Shown in pieces: positions 1-10,301 of a stretch of DNA of 64,000 nt. A program made the position numbers and the translations under genes. Below the pieces are notes generated by a model that saw only the letters and a list, made by a program, of their open reading frames with translations, made no database searches and had not been told where the DNA came from. Origin of the DNA: a virus (lineage: Duplodnaviria; Caudoviricetes); IMG/VR virus record IMGVR_UViG_2836880742_000002, positions 24,509 to 88,508 of that record. The stretch is one strand, 5' to 3'. Each line of letters starts with the position of its first letter. Position 1 is the first letter of the stretch.

Positions 1-346
1 AATTTTTATTAGCAAGTAGCCAATGGTAGCGAGTTAAACTATCATCGTTATCATCTGTCGGACGATTATTATCTACCGCGTAAAAATTTGTAATTTCCCA
101 ACTATCATCCAAATATTCTATGCCTGCTATATGATCGTTGTCCGGATGTGTTGATATAAAACGACAAACTCTACCAGCAGACTCATTTTTGATCTCTTTT
201 ATAATTTCATCTTTGCGGGCATTATTCCCATCACCATCTTTTAGATAGCAATCAATAACAGTAAAATTTCGGGAACCATGTTTGATATAGAACATATCCC
301 CTCGAATATCTCCCTCTGGGAATGAATAAGACTTTACTATGGACAT
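1..346 (-). CDS. ComEC-like metallo-beta-lactamase-fold hydrolase (5' part; runs off window)
   Basis: Manual translation from ATG at 346: MSIVKSYSFPEGDIRGDMFYIKHG..VIDC..FISTHPDNDHIAGI; GD, IDC and THPDxDH MBL motifs. Confidence 0.85.
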   Translation of the reverse strand, partial: MSIVKSYSFPEGDIRGDMFYIKHGSRNFTVIDCYLKDGDGNNARKDEIIKEIKNESAGRVCRFISTHPDNDHIAGIEYLDDSWEITNFYAVDNNRPTDDNDDSLTRYHWLLANKN

Positions 347-677
347 GCTAATTTAATTTAAAATGTTTATACTTAAAATGGCAAACTATATGCCGAATGT
401 CTTTCTACAATCAAAAACTGACAAAAAGTCAGTGCTTGGCACATTTTCTTATTTGACATAATGGTGGATGTAGTTCATCATTATGTCCTCCGAAACAACA
501 TCACAACTTTTAAAGAAATATAGTACCATTTGTGATGGTTTAAATGAATGAAAAAAGAAGTGGAATTTTGGAACAAGCTGCATCGAGAGAAGGAGAAGGT
601 GTCAGTATTGACACTTTAATGAGTTAAGAATCAATAAAAGCGTTAAATCTTCGTCCTTTAGAATGTACCATTAAAGA

Positions 678-1607
678 TTAAGGCCATATTTCTGACTTAT
701 TACTTGCAAAATATTGAGTAATAATCGGTTGCAAATACATATACTGTATACTAACAAAATAGGTATATGTAAGTGTAACAAACATTATATTTAGGTCCTC
801 AGAGTTATTAGCATATACACTAGCAGGTATTAATATATTATTTGTTTCAACAAATACAATATTTCCCGTATTTACAGCATCTACCCATCTATCATAGGTA
901 AAGTCTCCCAAAAAGGATTGAATAACACCTGTATTACTATCAGTACTGAGGTTTTCAAACCCTTTTAATATATACACTCCGTACTTCTTCCCGTTAAACC
1001 AAATACTATTCTCATCTTCGCTGAATCGGATGCTGTCAAATGCTTTTTTGTCCTCCTTCGACATCAAACCGTCCTTGTCCGCAGAGGCCGGATTTGAGAT
1101 TTCCGCAATCTTGTCATTCAACACTTTACCCTGTGCGGCCGAAAGAGCACTTTCTTCATTATCAGAATTCAGGTTGTTTATGACATTGGGGACAACTACT
1201 AAAGTTTCAAGGGATATTCTATCTGATGATATTGAGTATACAAAAATGCCATTGCCTGCATTTATATAAAATCCAATAAATCCATCAAGCTTGACGATTC
1301 CTGCAGGAATATATGCTATAATCCCATCATATCCAATTGAAACTTTTGCAATTACGACTTTATGATTTACGGCTTCCACAAACTCATCCCAATTCCCTAC
1401 AATAGATTCCACGTCTGTTGTAGACCAATCTTTTGTCGTTTCTAAAGCTCCCGGTAAAATGTAAACTACGTTTCCACTCACATACTCATTGATTCTCTCC
1501 AACAGCACATGCCCGTTCCGCTCACCCTCCTGGAACGGGATGCCCTCTTTCCCCGTCAGCTCCGTGCGTTCCGGGGTCTGTAATATCGTCTTTCCTTCTA
1601 CTGCCAT
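678..1607 (-). CDS. Tail fibre-like mosaic protein
   Basis: Fibre repeat VINNLNSDNEESALSAAQGKVLNDKI and A-x-x-x-DGLMSKEDK motif. Confidence 0.6.
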   Translation of the reverse strand: MAVEGKTILQTPERTELTGKEGIPFQEGERNGHVLLERINEYVSGNVVYILPGALETTKDWSTTDVESIVGNWDEFVEAVNHKVVIAKVSIGYDGIIAYIPAGIVKLDGFIGFYINAGNGIFVYSISSDRISLETLVVVPNVINNLNSDNEESALSAAQGKVLNDKIAEISNPASADKDGLMSKEDKKAFDSIRFSEDENSIWFNGKKYGVYILKGFENLSTDSNTGVIQSFLGDFTYDRWVDAVNTGNIVFVETNNILIPASVYANNSEDLNIMFVTLTYTYFVSIQYMYLQPIITQYFASNKSEIWP

Positions 1608-1609
1608 GA

Positions 1610-1828
1610 CTACTTGTGTCTTAATTGTTTCCTTACTGTCCTTCTTGTCACCTCCACCATCATAACGGGGCTTCCGTCAGCCCAAAGCCAAGCCTTGCCT
1701 TCCTCCAAGAGCAGGGCGTTGCCGACAAGCTCATACGGGTCCCCGCGCCCTATGATGCCGGAAGAATTGGCGCGGGTCGTTCCCAACCCCGCCATGTTCA
1801 ACCGTGAATAGTTCATCCTCTCCATCAT
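1610..1828 (-). CDS. Small hypothetical phage protein
   Basis: Coupled to both neighbours in the late operon. Confidence 0.5.
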   Translation of the reverse strand: MMERMNYSRLNMAGLGTTRANSSGIIGRGDPYELVGNALLLEEGKAWLWADGSPVMMVEVTRRTVRKQLRHK

Positions 1829-2112
1829 TCCGCCTCCCTGATAGTGGCCTTCGTCACTTCCGACATGCTCTCAATCCTGATGTGCATCGGATAAACGCCG
1901 TGTCCGAAGCACCAGTCTATGAACTGTCCGGGATTGTACAACGTGTTCGGCAGGATGCACGGCACGAACGTCCCCTCGTCCGAACTCCGCTGCGAGATGT
2001 AAAACCCGCCGCCTTCCTTCCGTTCCAGATGGAGAGCATAGTCCGCGTTCACCGTCTCTTCCGCCACATACCTGTCACCCTGTAGGGTGAAATTCAAATT
2101 CCTGAGTGCCAT
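1825..2112 (-). CDS. Small virion-type protein, paralogue of the N-terminus of 24633..25232
   Basis: F...G..YVA start and MHIRIESMSEVTKA vs [14 protein letters not shown]. Confidence 0.55.
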   Translation of the reverse strand: MALRNLNFTLQGDRYVAEETVNADYALHLERKEGGGFYISQRSSDEGTFVPCILPNTLYNPGQFIDWCFGHGVYPMHIRIESMSEVTKATIREAE

Positions 2113-2113
2113 G

Positions 2114-2575
2114 TCACTTTTCCTCCTTCTTTACTGTATTATTCTCATGTTCCCTTTGAAACAGAAGCTCTGCCGCCATCTTGGCTATCTCGTCCTTGTT
2201 GTCGATGATTACCCTCATCGTCTTCTCCGCCTTCCGGAGTTCCTCCTTCTGCCATGATTTCTCCCTTACCGACACGAACTCGCAGAAAATGCAGTAAGCC
2301 GTCCACAACATCGAGAACACCGGTATGGGAACCACCACGCAGCACAGGATGTCGATGAAGCACAACGTCAGGAAAGGCGTGAAGTACTTCTTTGCCTTCG
2401 TGGCCGTCTTCTTGTACCCCGTGGAAGTCCGCGCCTCGCCGCGTTGTTTGGCCTTTTGTACCCCAGAGACCAAATCCACGGCCATTGCGCCTATCGTGGC
2501 CGCCACGCATAATGCTATCAGTATGATGTGGTTCATCATGTGATTTTCTATAAAATCAATAATCACTTTTTCCAT
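2114..2575 (-). CDS. Phage holin (holin_4_1-like)
   Basis: TM helices, DLVSGVQKA..S.GY.KT..K motif, E..SVREK. Confidence 0.8.
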   Translation of the reverse strand: MEKVIIDFIENHMMNHIILIALCVAATIGAMAVDLVSGVQKAKQRGEARTSTGYKKTATKAKKYFTPFLTLCFIDILCCVVVPIPVFSMLWTAYCIFCEFVSVREKSWQKEELRKAEKTMRVIIDNKDEIAKMAAELLFQREHENNTVKKEEK

Positions 2576-2742
2576 TACAATGCTTTTTTTAGTGTTACAA
2601 AATCCTCACCGTGCCACAAGACAAGACCCGCACGACATACGATCCAGGAACGCGATGGGGTTCCCGTTTTTCCACTTCCGGCCATAACCGCACGTTCCGC
2701 CCTATGGAACCCCAATGCTTATCCATGGCCATCTTCCTTTAA

Positions 2743-3348
2743 TCAGTACACCGCTTTCTTCAACTCCGCAACCTCCCCGCGCAACGCCTCCACCTCGGCC
2801 ATGAGTTCCGCCACGCCTCTTTCCTCCAAAGCCACCGGCATGCCCGATTTGGCCGAAACCAATGAGATTTTCTTCCATGCCGTCGTGCTGTCAGGCACCT
2901 TCCCCATGAAGGAACGGTGGTATATGTTGCCATCCGAACTGAAACCCAACTGGTGGTAATAATTTCCCGCGTTCGTGTGCAACGTCAACACCCCGTTGGC
3001 ATTGCTTCCATGCGGGAAAAGTCCTGCCGTGCTCGCCAATACGTCCGAATCGAAATACACGCCAGGTATTGCACTCGTCCGCGTAATGATTCCATTCGTA
3101 GACCCGCCCGAAGCGTTCATGTTCTTGATCCGAAGCTCCGAGCCGCTCCAATACACCTTCCCGTTGAACACGATGCAATCCGAGTCGGTCGCAAAGAACA
3201 ACGCCTGCGGGTTGGACCCCGTCAATGACAAAGCCTGCGCCCGCGTCTTGCTCGCGTACACCTCCAAAATCTTCCCCGTGGGGGAGGATGCAAGGGGGAC
3301 AATGCCGCCTTGCTCCCGGTCTTCCGAATCAATCACTTTCTCGTCCAT
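2743..3348 (-). CDS. Tail fibre-associated protein with C-terminal coiled coil
   Basis: N-terminal module paralogous to 3358..4782 (EVYASK..FATD..IVFNG.VY). Confidence 0.55.
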   Translation of the reverse strand: MDEKVIDSEDREQGGIVPLASSPTGKILEVYASKTRAQALSLTGSNPQALFFATDSDCIVFNGKVYWSGSELRIKNMNASGGSTNGIITRTSAIPGVYFDSDVLASTAGLFPHGSNANGVLTLHTNAGNYYHQLGFSSDGNIYHRSFMGKVPDSTTAWKKISLVSAKSGMPVALEERGVAELMAEVEALRGEVAELKKAVY

Positions 3349-3357
3349 AAGCCATGA

Positions 3358-4782
3358 CTATTTGATGGTAAGGGCGGCTTTTATCGAGTCGGCTATCGAC
3401 TTGGCAGAGTTCGCCGTGTTCGTTGTCGTAGTCAGCTTGTCATTCAGGGCTTTTCCTTGTGCTGCCGATAGTGCCTTCGCCGTGTCCGTGGAAGTCAGGC
3501 TGTTCACCACGTCGCTTTTGTTCAGCTTGGCATCCACCTGCGACTTCAACGCCTTTCCCTGGGCAGCCGAAAGCGCGGCATCCGTGCGGTCGCTCGTCAG
3601 GCTGTTGATGACCTCCGTCTTGTCCGACAACAGCACGAGGTCACCGTCCTTGCATACATAAACGCCCTTAAAAGAACCTGCCGAAGGCATCACGTACACC
3701 TTGCCCTCTATCGGCTTCCTGGCCAAGCCGTCACTTCCGGCAAGTTCGGCATATTGCTTGGCCTTGTTACTGTCATCGGCAATGGACCAGTTGTTATAAT
3801 ACGTACCGTCAATACGGTAACACAACTGTTTCATGTCTTTCAGGTAGACCAGGCTTCCCCCTGCCTTCGTGGACGATGCCTGCTGCACCGTCTGCGTGCC
3901 CCCCACAATCTGGTCGAGCAGCACCGGGACGCAAGCCTCCTGCACCGTAATGATGCGCTTTGTCACGTTCGTGCTAGCCACCGTGTTGCCCGCTGCCACC
4001 TCCTTCACGTCTATGTAATCGTCCACCACCTCGCTCCGCTTCACCTGCGCGTCGTTCGTCACGTTCGACAGCCCCACCTGGGCTTTCGTCACCCCGTGCG
4101 GGTTGCTCTTGTTCCCCGTGTGCGAGGTCAGCTCCGACTTCGTGGCATAAGTTTTTGCCGCGTCGGCCGCCTTCAGGAACACCGACAAGTCCACCGTGCC
4201 CCCCAGGGCGTCCCAGTTGTCGTCGTTGTGGTCACTGGCCGAAGTGTTCGTCACGCATACCACGTTCGTCCCCGCCGGGTACTTCTTGCCACCCAACGTG
4301 AACTCGGCCGTCACGTTCCACGTGTCGCCCTTCACCGCGTTCGTCAGCGCGAGCACATCGGCAATGGTCGCTTTCGTCCCCATTACCTTATACACGCTGC
4401 CCAGTTTCGAGTTGATGGCATTGTTCATCTCTTCCATTGTAGGAAGCGCGTCCACCAACGCCTTCAACGCCTTTCCCTGCGCCGCGCTCAAAGCCTTGTT
4501 CGTGCTCCCGTCCGTAAGGCTGTTGATTATCTCCACAAAATTATAAACCACGCCGTTGAACACGATGCGGTGCGTGTCCGTGGCGAAACACATCGCCCCC
4601 GGCTTGCTCGATGCCAAAGCCTTCGCATCCGCCTCCGACTTCGAGGCATATACCTCAAAAAGTTGTCCCACCGGGCCACTGGCAATGGGCATGATGTCCC
4701 CGTTGTCCGCGCCGTCCATATTCCACGAGGAAATAGGTTCTTTTACTTGTTCTTCCATCATTTTCCAATTATTATTTAACAA
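3358..4782 (-). CDS. Tail fibre protein
   Basis: Three NSLTx-ALSAAQGKAL repeats, NPHGVTKAQVGLSNV phage-tail repeat, WDALGGTVDLS. Confidence 0.8.
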   Translation of the reverse strand: MLNNNWKMMEEQVKEPISSWNMDGADNGDIMPIASGPVGQLFEVYASKSEADAKALASSKPGAMCFATDTHRIVFNGVVYNFVEIINSLTDGSTNKALSAAQGKALKALVDALPTMEEMNNAINSKLGSVYKVMGTKATIADVLALTNAVKGDTWNVTAEFTLGGKKYPAGTNVVCVTNTSASDHNDDNWDALGGTVDLSVFLKAADAAKTYATKSELTSHTGNKSNPHGVTKAQVGLSNVTNDAQVKRSEVVDDYIDVKEVAAGNTVASTNVTKRIITVQEACVPVLLDQIVGGTQTVQQASSTKAGGSLVYLKDMKQLCYRIDGTYYNNWSIADDSNKAKQYAELAGSDGLARKPIEGKVYVMPSAGSFKGVYVCKDGDLVLLSDKTEVINSLTSDRTDAALSAAQGKALKSQVDAKLNKSDVVNSLTSTDTAKALSAAQGKALNDKLTTTTNTANSAKSIADSIKAALTIK

Positions 4783-5611
4783 TCAAAGAAGCATCCGCAT
4801 ACTTCTTCATCACAGTCGTGTAGTATAAGCTGCCGATATAAGTCAGCTCTATCTTTGCCGACTCCATCTCGTCCAACGAAAAGGTATTTCCGTTGATGTG
4901 GGTCCATGTGGTCGGGTCATCCGGCAAGGTGACCGATTGCGTGCCTTCCTCGCAGAATACGAATATCTCAATCCTGTGCCCGGATTTGGGAGTGCCGGCT
5001 ATGCTTAACGACTGTGGGGAGCTGATGCTTATGTCAACCATGTCCACGTCCGCCGGTATGCCCGAAAGGGTGTCTGCATGCTCCACTTTGGGACCTTTGG
5101 CCATCTCCGTCACCACGTTGAAGTCGATGAGTTGCACCATTGCATTCCCATTGAAGAAGTACAGTCCAAGATTCCCCGTCTGGGCATGGCGCATCAGGTA
5201 AACCTTGCCCGCTATGGGAGAGTTTCCGTCAAAGCCGCAGAGGAACTCACGCTTTTGGTAAGCGAAAGGCGTCACCGAGGAATCCGACCAGTTATTATGG
5301 AGTTTCCCGTCTTCTCCCGTGGCATAGATTTTTTTGCTTCGTTCATAATAAACCACGGACTTCACTTTGGTGACGGATGACATTTCCGGCATCGGAATGG
5401 TCGTGTCATTGTAATCACAGATGCCAATGCCTTGGGAAATTGCCGTGTTGAATATCAATCCGGAAAGAGAAGAGCTTGTTGCCATTCCCGGAGATTGGAG
5501 GTCGGACAAGGAATTGGCCAGTTCAAAGCCGCTTCCTCCCTCATCAAGCAACCTTGCCAATTCATCAAGCAACCGGTTGACTTCCGCCACAGTCCTGTTT
5601 AATTGTGCCAT
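4772..5611 (-). CDS. Tail/fibre accessory protein
   Basis: Shares the NNWS..PI.GKVY module with 3358..4782; position in the tail operon. Confidence 0.55.
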   Translation of the reverse strand: MAQLNRTVAEVNRLLDELARLLDEGGSGFELANSLSDLQSPGMATSSSLSGLIFNTAISQGIGICDYNDTTIPMPEMSSVTKVKSVVYYERSKKIYATGEDGKLHNNWSDSSVTPFAYQKREFLCGFDGNSPIAGKVYLMRHAQTGNLGLYFFNGNAMVQLIDFNVVTEMAKGPKVEHADTLSGIPADVDMVDISISSPQSLSIAGTPKSGHRIEIFVFCEEGTQSVTLPDDPTTWTHINGNTFSLDEMESAKIELTYIGSLYYTTVMKKYADASLIVK

Positions 5612-5631
5612 ATCTATTATTGTTTTGTTTT

Positions 5632-8600
5632 TTACATAAACTTTCCTATTCTACGCTGCCAAAATATTGCTTCGTACCCGTTCATTACGCCTGCACGGCA
5701 TTGCAATGAAGCGAACTCCCCTACATTCAAAGTCCGGCTTGTAAAGCCCGTAGGGTCGAAATCTTCAGAGGAAGCACCGGAAAGGGCGAACGCCGTGTTG
5801 CTCATATTGTACATTATGACATATTGTCCCACGAGCGACCTTATAAAATTCTTTCTTTCCTCATCTTGTGTCACGTAATAATCTGACAGGCCCGGAAGGT
5901 ACAATGGTGGAATTTCGGTGAACTCGCCACTGAAAACCACATATCCGCCAAGCTTTTCAAAATCAATTTCATATTCTCCTTCAAGTCCGTCAACAGGTTT
6001 CAGGTACTGTCCGATGTTGGTTTCTGTGATTACGGTACGTGATTTTCCAACATACCCCCTGAATATGCCTTCATTGGCAATTATAATACCCTCGAACTTC
6101 CCGTTCTTGGACTCGGTGCTCCCGTCCTCCAACACCTTGAAGTTACCGTTGGCGGTCACCGCGCCTTCAAGCGATATATTTTCTCCCTTGATGTTGACAT
6201 CCCCTTTTTCAATGTCGATACCGACTTCCTTAAGGCCGTTGTTGATACCGATATGCACAGAATCCGCCGTCTGTTTTATCTCGCTCCGCAAATCCTCGTC
6301 CAAGTCCTCCACCGAAGACGTGATTTCATCAGCCCTCTGCTCCAACTTGGAAATGCTGCCGCCATGGGATTCCAAGTCGGTGACCACGTTCCTGATGGCA
6401 CCGTCCAAAAGCTCGAACCTCGCCGACACGACGCTTCCGTCCTCCATCACGAAATTACCCTTGAAAAGGTTCCCGTGAGGTGATATTCTTGTCACGAGTT
6501 TCCCTTCAAGCGAAAACGAGTTCACACCGGCATACTGGGCGACGTAAGGGGAATCTTCCCCGTAGGCCGAGAGGACAACCACATTCTGCCGGGAAGCGTC
6601 AAAGGCATTCCCTACCGTGACAATATTGTCTTCCGCCAAAGGCACGGTGCTCCCCTCCATGTATTCCCCCGCATCGTCAGACAAATCAATGTAATCCTCG
6701 CCCACACCAACCACTCTCCTCCAGTAGAACTGGTTCGATACCCCTTCGTACACCCCTTCTTTGATATTGAACGTGCGGCACTGCGCATTGTCGCCAACCC
6801 TGAACTCGTTGACAATCCTTTTGCCTCCGTCGTCATTCACAAAGAAGCAGCGGTATGCGGTCACACGCCCCACAGAACCAAATTCCTCCACCGGCTCGCC
6901 TTCGGAATCATACACTTTTTCTCCCGCCGCGTCGATGACGATATTGTCCGTTATTTCCATTACCCTGGAACACACCATCCCCGCAGGAGACAGCACGTTG
7001 GTGCCCCCGGTATGGTAAGCATGCTTTATCTCCAACGAGTCGAAATAAGCCTTCATGCGCACGTACAACTCGTCCACTTCAAAGTACGAGCGTCCCGCCG
7101 CGTTCTTTTTCAGCAATCCGTAGCCGCTCCCGAGAAGCCCAGTGACAAAGTTGTCGCTCGAAAGGTCGCCACGAAGCAGCAGCGAGGCCAGTTCCGCAGC
7201 CCCGTCGGAAGAGATCTGGCCGCCGGATTCGCCGGATGAAAAACTACCGATTATCAGCCCTTGGAGGAAAGTAATGATGCCCGAAGCGGTATCATCGTTT
7301 AACTTTGAAAGGAACTTCTTGGCCAGTTCTTTGTTGTTCTTTTCTATCCCTTCTTTTATCTCCTTGTCTGTCCTTAGCGAAGAATAGGCGTTTGTATCCG
7401 ACGGCTCGGTTTCATCGTCCTTCTTTATCAAATACACATTTGTACCTGATGTTGAAGAGCTTACCTTTCCAGGAAAGTAACTGCTTCCGTTCAGTTTGAT
7501 GGAATCTATCTTGTCTTCAAGTGCGCCAAGACGGGAATAGGAGGCACTTTCACCGATGGTATACACCGGAGAATCCCATGGAATGTCAAGTGCAAGTTCA
7601 TAGCCAAGCACACGCATGGTACGGGGGCTTGGGAAGAATGAGGGGTTGTTGACCGTTACCTTCTGGCCTACATCGAAAGGACAAGGTGTTTCCTGTGCCT
7701 CATTACGTGCCTTTGACCAGTCTGACATGAGTTTGGCCGACACGGTGCCGATGTTGTTCCTGATTTTCTCGGCATACTTCTCTGCTTCAGATTTCAGTTC
7801 CTCTTCCGCTTCTGGGACAAGGTTCTCAAAAACATATTCCGTGTCGTATCCGGCCATGACAAATTCATTCCCGGCCTCTGGTTTTATTACCGTATCCGGC
7901 AAACGGCCCCCGTAGTCCTCGTTGGCCACTATTTCAAAGCATGTGGACGTATTGTCACTCTTTTCCGGAAGGAACGTAAGGCCGAATGTAAGTCCGGCAA
8001 GCTTTCCGGTTTGGAAGGTGATCGTAAGTTTCTCTGAAATCACATAGGAATTGTCGAACCCCACAAGCCCGGTGGTCTTGATGGTATACACCGGTACTTT
8101 CATTCCTGTGGGTTTCTTTTCCTCGCCTTCCGTGACATCAATCATTTCTTCCCCAACAGAAGATATGGAAAGCACCTTGCGTGGATAGACGTAATCGAAA
8201 GTCACGATGCCCTCTATCACTTCGTCTGGTGACATGTCGGGGTATACGTCTATATACGGTGTGCCTTCAGGAAGCATCAGCCTGCGTTGTACAACCCCGT
8301 TTACCGTAAGGCCGTCAACGTCGGAATTGAAATAACCAATGGGGATTTTCATCCTTACGAGATTTCCAATTTCCACTTTCCTCCCCTGTGACGAAGGCTC
8401 AAATTCAGAAATGTCACCACGAATACAAAGCTTGTTGAAAAGAATCTCGTTCGCGTTACCCTCAGAAACCTTGTATGATGGATTGAAAACAGCCTCATAT
8501 TTATGGCTGTTATCTGTAAATTGCAAATATGATGAAGCTCTTTCACCAACAGATACAAACGTCTCAGTACCTTTTATACCAAGGAAACAATAACCTTCTA

Positions 8601-9792
8601 CGTCTCCATTTTCACAATCAAACTGTATATTGATGATTATTCGTGAACAACCATTTGGAACGATTAATTGAGAATCTGGAATATTGAAAGTCTTTTCCGC
8701 AAAACCGTCAACATTTTCCTCGTAGTCTAATATGTGGTCGGACGATTTATCCGTGTATAAAAAACAACGGAATTTTTTAAACCTGTAAGGTATTGATGTA
8801 TGCCTGAATGTAAATTGAAGACCTGAAAGAACGCAATTATATTCAGTACCATAAATCAATCTGTTAGTAGAATCAATATTTGCACTGTTATACAAATCAA
8901 ATTGAAATACATTGCTTAGTGTTGTTCCTACACCAACCTTCATGTTTTGCCCTTGTTCTATAATGACAGGAAGGGAATGTCTGCTCCTTACAGAATCTCT
9001 AAAATATCCAACCACCAAATCTTTATCCAAATCAAGTGGTGCATAATTTTCTCCATTGACATTCAAGGAAACACCTGGTTCCTTCTTTACCGTGAACTCC
9101 AGTTTCTTCCGGTACCGGGATGATATGTTCTGCGTGGAGCCGAATGCGTATATGCGCGTGAAATATTCACCGCTGCTCTTGGACAGGCTCATGGTTTCTG
9201 CCTCTTCGCCAAGGCTTATTTCCACAGCTTCCCCATTCTCACAACGTCCGAAACGGATTTTCTTGCCCTCAATCCACCATTCGCAGTTTGCGGCTTCCGC
9301 AAGGGAGGTAAGCGCATCTATGAGGTTGGTGTTGGAATAGTGCATGACCAAGGCATCCACGTTCACGTCATTGTCTATCTCATATTCATAGTCCTCACCG
9401 TTAAATTGGAATCCCCATGCTTTCAGGTTGCGCAGGAAGATGTCAAGATGGTATGAAAGTTGCGCCGTCAAATCCCATGCCGCCTCATTGCCTCCCGTTT
9501 CAGGGGTGTACTTGAAAACCTTGTTCTTCCACTTCATGTAAGAGGCTTCCATCTTCAACTCATAGTCATAACCGCCCGTGGAATTGTTGAAAGATGGCTT
9601 CTGGTCTTCTATGATTTCAAAGCGGCCAAACTCGCACTCTGTATGACAGCCGAGTTTGAACCGGACGGGATAAAGCAAGGAAAATTTGAGCGTGATATAG
9701 TCATCTTTCATCAACTCAAATTTTCGCTTGCTTCCTACACCTATCGGTGTGGACAAAACTAATACCTCGTTGTTATCCTTTATTTCTATCAT
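5632..9792 (-). CDS. Large tail tip / host-specificity protein
   Basis: About 1390 aa after Dit; TRIYAFGSTQN and YTIGESASYSRL motifs; probable start MIEIKD at 9792 (ORF track start 9819 lies inside a hairpin). Confidence 0.85.
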   Translation of the reverse strand: MIEIKDNNEVLVLSTPIGVGSKRKFELMKDDYITLKFSLLYPVRFKLGCHTECEFGRFEIIEDQKPSFNNSTGGYDYELKMEASYMKWKNKVFKYTPETGGNEAAWDLTAQLSYHLDIFLRNLKAWGFQFNGEDYEYEIDNDVNVDALVMHYSNTNLIDALTSLAEAANCEWWIEGKKIRFGRCENGEAVEISLGEEAETMSLSKSSGEYFTRIYAFGSTQNISSRYRKKLEFTVKKEPGVSLNVNGENYAPLDLDKDLVVGYFRDSVRSRHSLPVIIEQGQNMKVGVGTTLSNVFQFDLYNSANIDSTNRLIYGTEYNCVLSGLQFTFRHTSIPYRFKKFRCFLYTDKSSDHILDYEENVDGFAEKTFNIPDSQLIVPNGCSRIIINIQFDCENGDVEGYCFLGIKGTETFVSVGERASSYLQFTDNSHKYEAVFNPSYKVSEGNANEILFNKLCIRGDISEFEPSSQGRKVEIGNLVRMKIPIGYFNSDVDGLTVNGVVQRRLMLPEGTPYIDVYPDMSPDEVIEGIVTFDYVYPRKVLSISSVGEEMIDVTEGEEKKPTGMKVPVYTIKTTGLVGFDNSYVISEKLTITFQTGKLAGLTFGLTFLPEKSDNTSTCFEIVANEDYGGRLPDTVIKPEAGNEFVMAGYDTEYVFENLVPEAEEELKSEAEKYAEKIRNNIGTVSAKLMSDWSKARNEAQETPCPFDVGQKVTVNNPSFFPSPRTMRVLGYELALDIPWDSPVYTIGESASYSRLGALEDKIDSIKLNGSSYFPGKVSSSTSGTNVYLIKKDDETEPSDTNAYSSLRTDKEIKEGIEKNNKELAKKFLSKLNDDTASGIITFLQGLIIGSFSSGESGGQISSDGAAELASLLLRGDLSSDNFVTGLLGSGYGLLKKNAAGRSYFEVDELYVRMKAYFDSLEIKHAYHTGGTNVLSPAGMVCSRVMEITDNIVIDAAGEKVYDSEGEPVEEFGSVGRVTAYRCFFVNDDGGKRIVNEFRVGDNAQCRTFNIKEGVYEGVSNQFYWRRVVGVGEDYIDLSDDAGEYMEGSTVPLAEDNIVTVGNAFDASRQNVVVLSAYGEDSPYVAQYAGVNSFSLEGKLVTRISPHGNLFKGNFVMEDGSVVSARFELLDGAIRNVVTDLESHGGSISKLEQRADEITSSVEDLDEDLRSEIKQTADSVHIGINNGLKEVGIDIEKGDVNIKGENISLEGAVTANGNFKVLEDGSTESKNGKFEGIIIANEGIFRGYVGKSRTVITETNIGQYLKPVDGLEGEYEIDFEKLGGYVVFSGEFTEIPPLYLPGLSDYYVTQDEERKNFIRSLVGQYVIMYNMSNTAFALSGASSEDFDPTGFTSRTLNVGEFASLQCRAGVMNGYEAIFWQRRIGKFM

Positions 9793-9805
9793 ATTACCAA
9801 AAGGG

Positions 9806-9823
9806 CCGTGCATCTTCACACAG
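9806..9823 (-). promoter_or_regulatory. T-GAAG-NN-R leader hairpin (tail tip unit), just downstream of TATATTTG -7 box (9836-9843)
   Basis: CTGTG-TGAAGATG-CACGG. Confidence 0.55.
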
Positions 9824-9870
9824 TATATTTATTGCCAAATATACAAATAATATTTGAAATCCAATCACTT

Positions 9871-10299
9871 CTATTGAGAATTATTAATAGTCCTATTTGA
9901 TGGATTATATTCACATACCCTTAAACCAAATTTAATAATACCATCCACGATACCACTTAGTTTTTCACAAGATAAATATTGCATTCTATAAATTATATCA
10001 GGTTGATAAATCGTACCTATTTCTAATACTCCTTTTGCAAGTTCTTCGCAGAAACCATTATATTTAGAAAATAAATCAGTTTTATTTTTGGCAACCATGT
10101 GAATTTCTAATGTTATTGTACGCTCATCAACTTTAACATTAGAAATCACCATTCTTTTTCCATGTTCTAATCTTGACTTATTTTCAATTAAATCTTTGTT
10201 TGGAGGAGGAGTCATCAACGTTAATAAAGCTCCATTTTCCAAACCTATCCCCCATTCTAAATATGCATCTTTCCCATTTATAAACAATTCACCTTTCAT
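9871..10299 (-). CDS. Distal tail protein (Dit-like)
   Basis: INGKDAY..WG motif; between tape measure and tail tip. Confidence 0.7.
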   Translation of the reverse strand: MKGELFINGKDAYLEWGIGLENGALLTLMTPPPNKDLIENKSRLEHGKRMVISNVKVDERTITLEIHMVAKNKTDLFSKYNGFCEELAKGVLEIGTIYQPDIIYRMQYLSCEKLSGIVDGIIKFGLRVCEYNPSNRTINNSQ

Positions 10300-10301
10300 G
10301 G

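Noticed and set aside
2655-2714. TGGGGTTCC..GGAACCCCA inverted repeat as an invertible segment
   Set aside because: Only 9 bp around about 40 nt with no recombinase nearby; more likely an mRNA stem before the holin
2975-4779. Long plus-strand ORFs (228 and 341 aa)
   Set aside because: Antisense shadows of GC-rich tail fibre genes with no recognisable motifs
678-9819. Diversity-generating retroelement acting on tail fibres
   Set aside because: No reverse transcriptase in the window, and I saw no TR/VR pair differing at adenines
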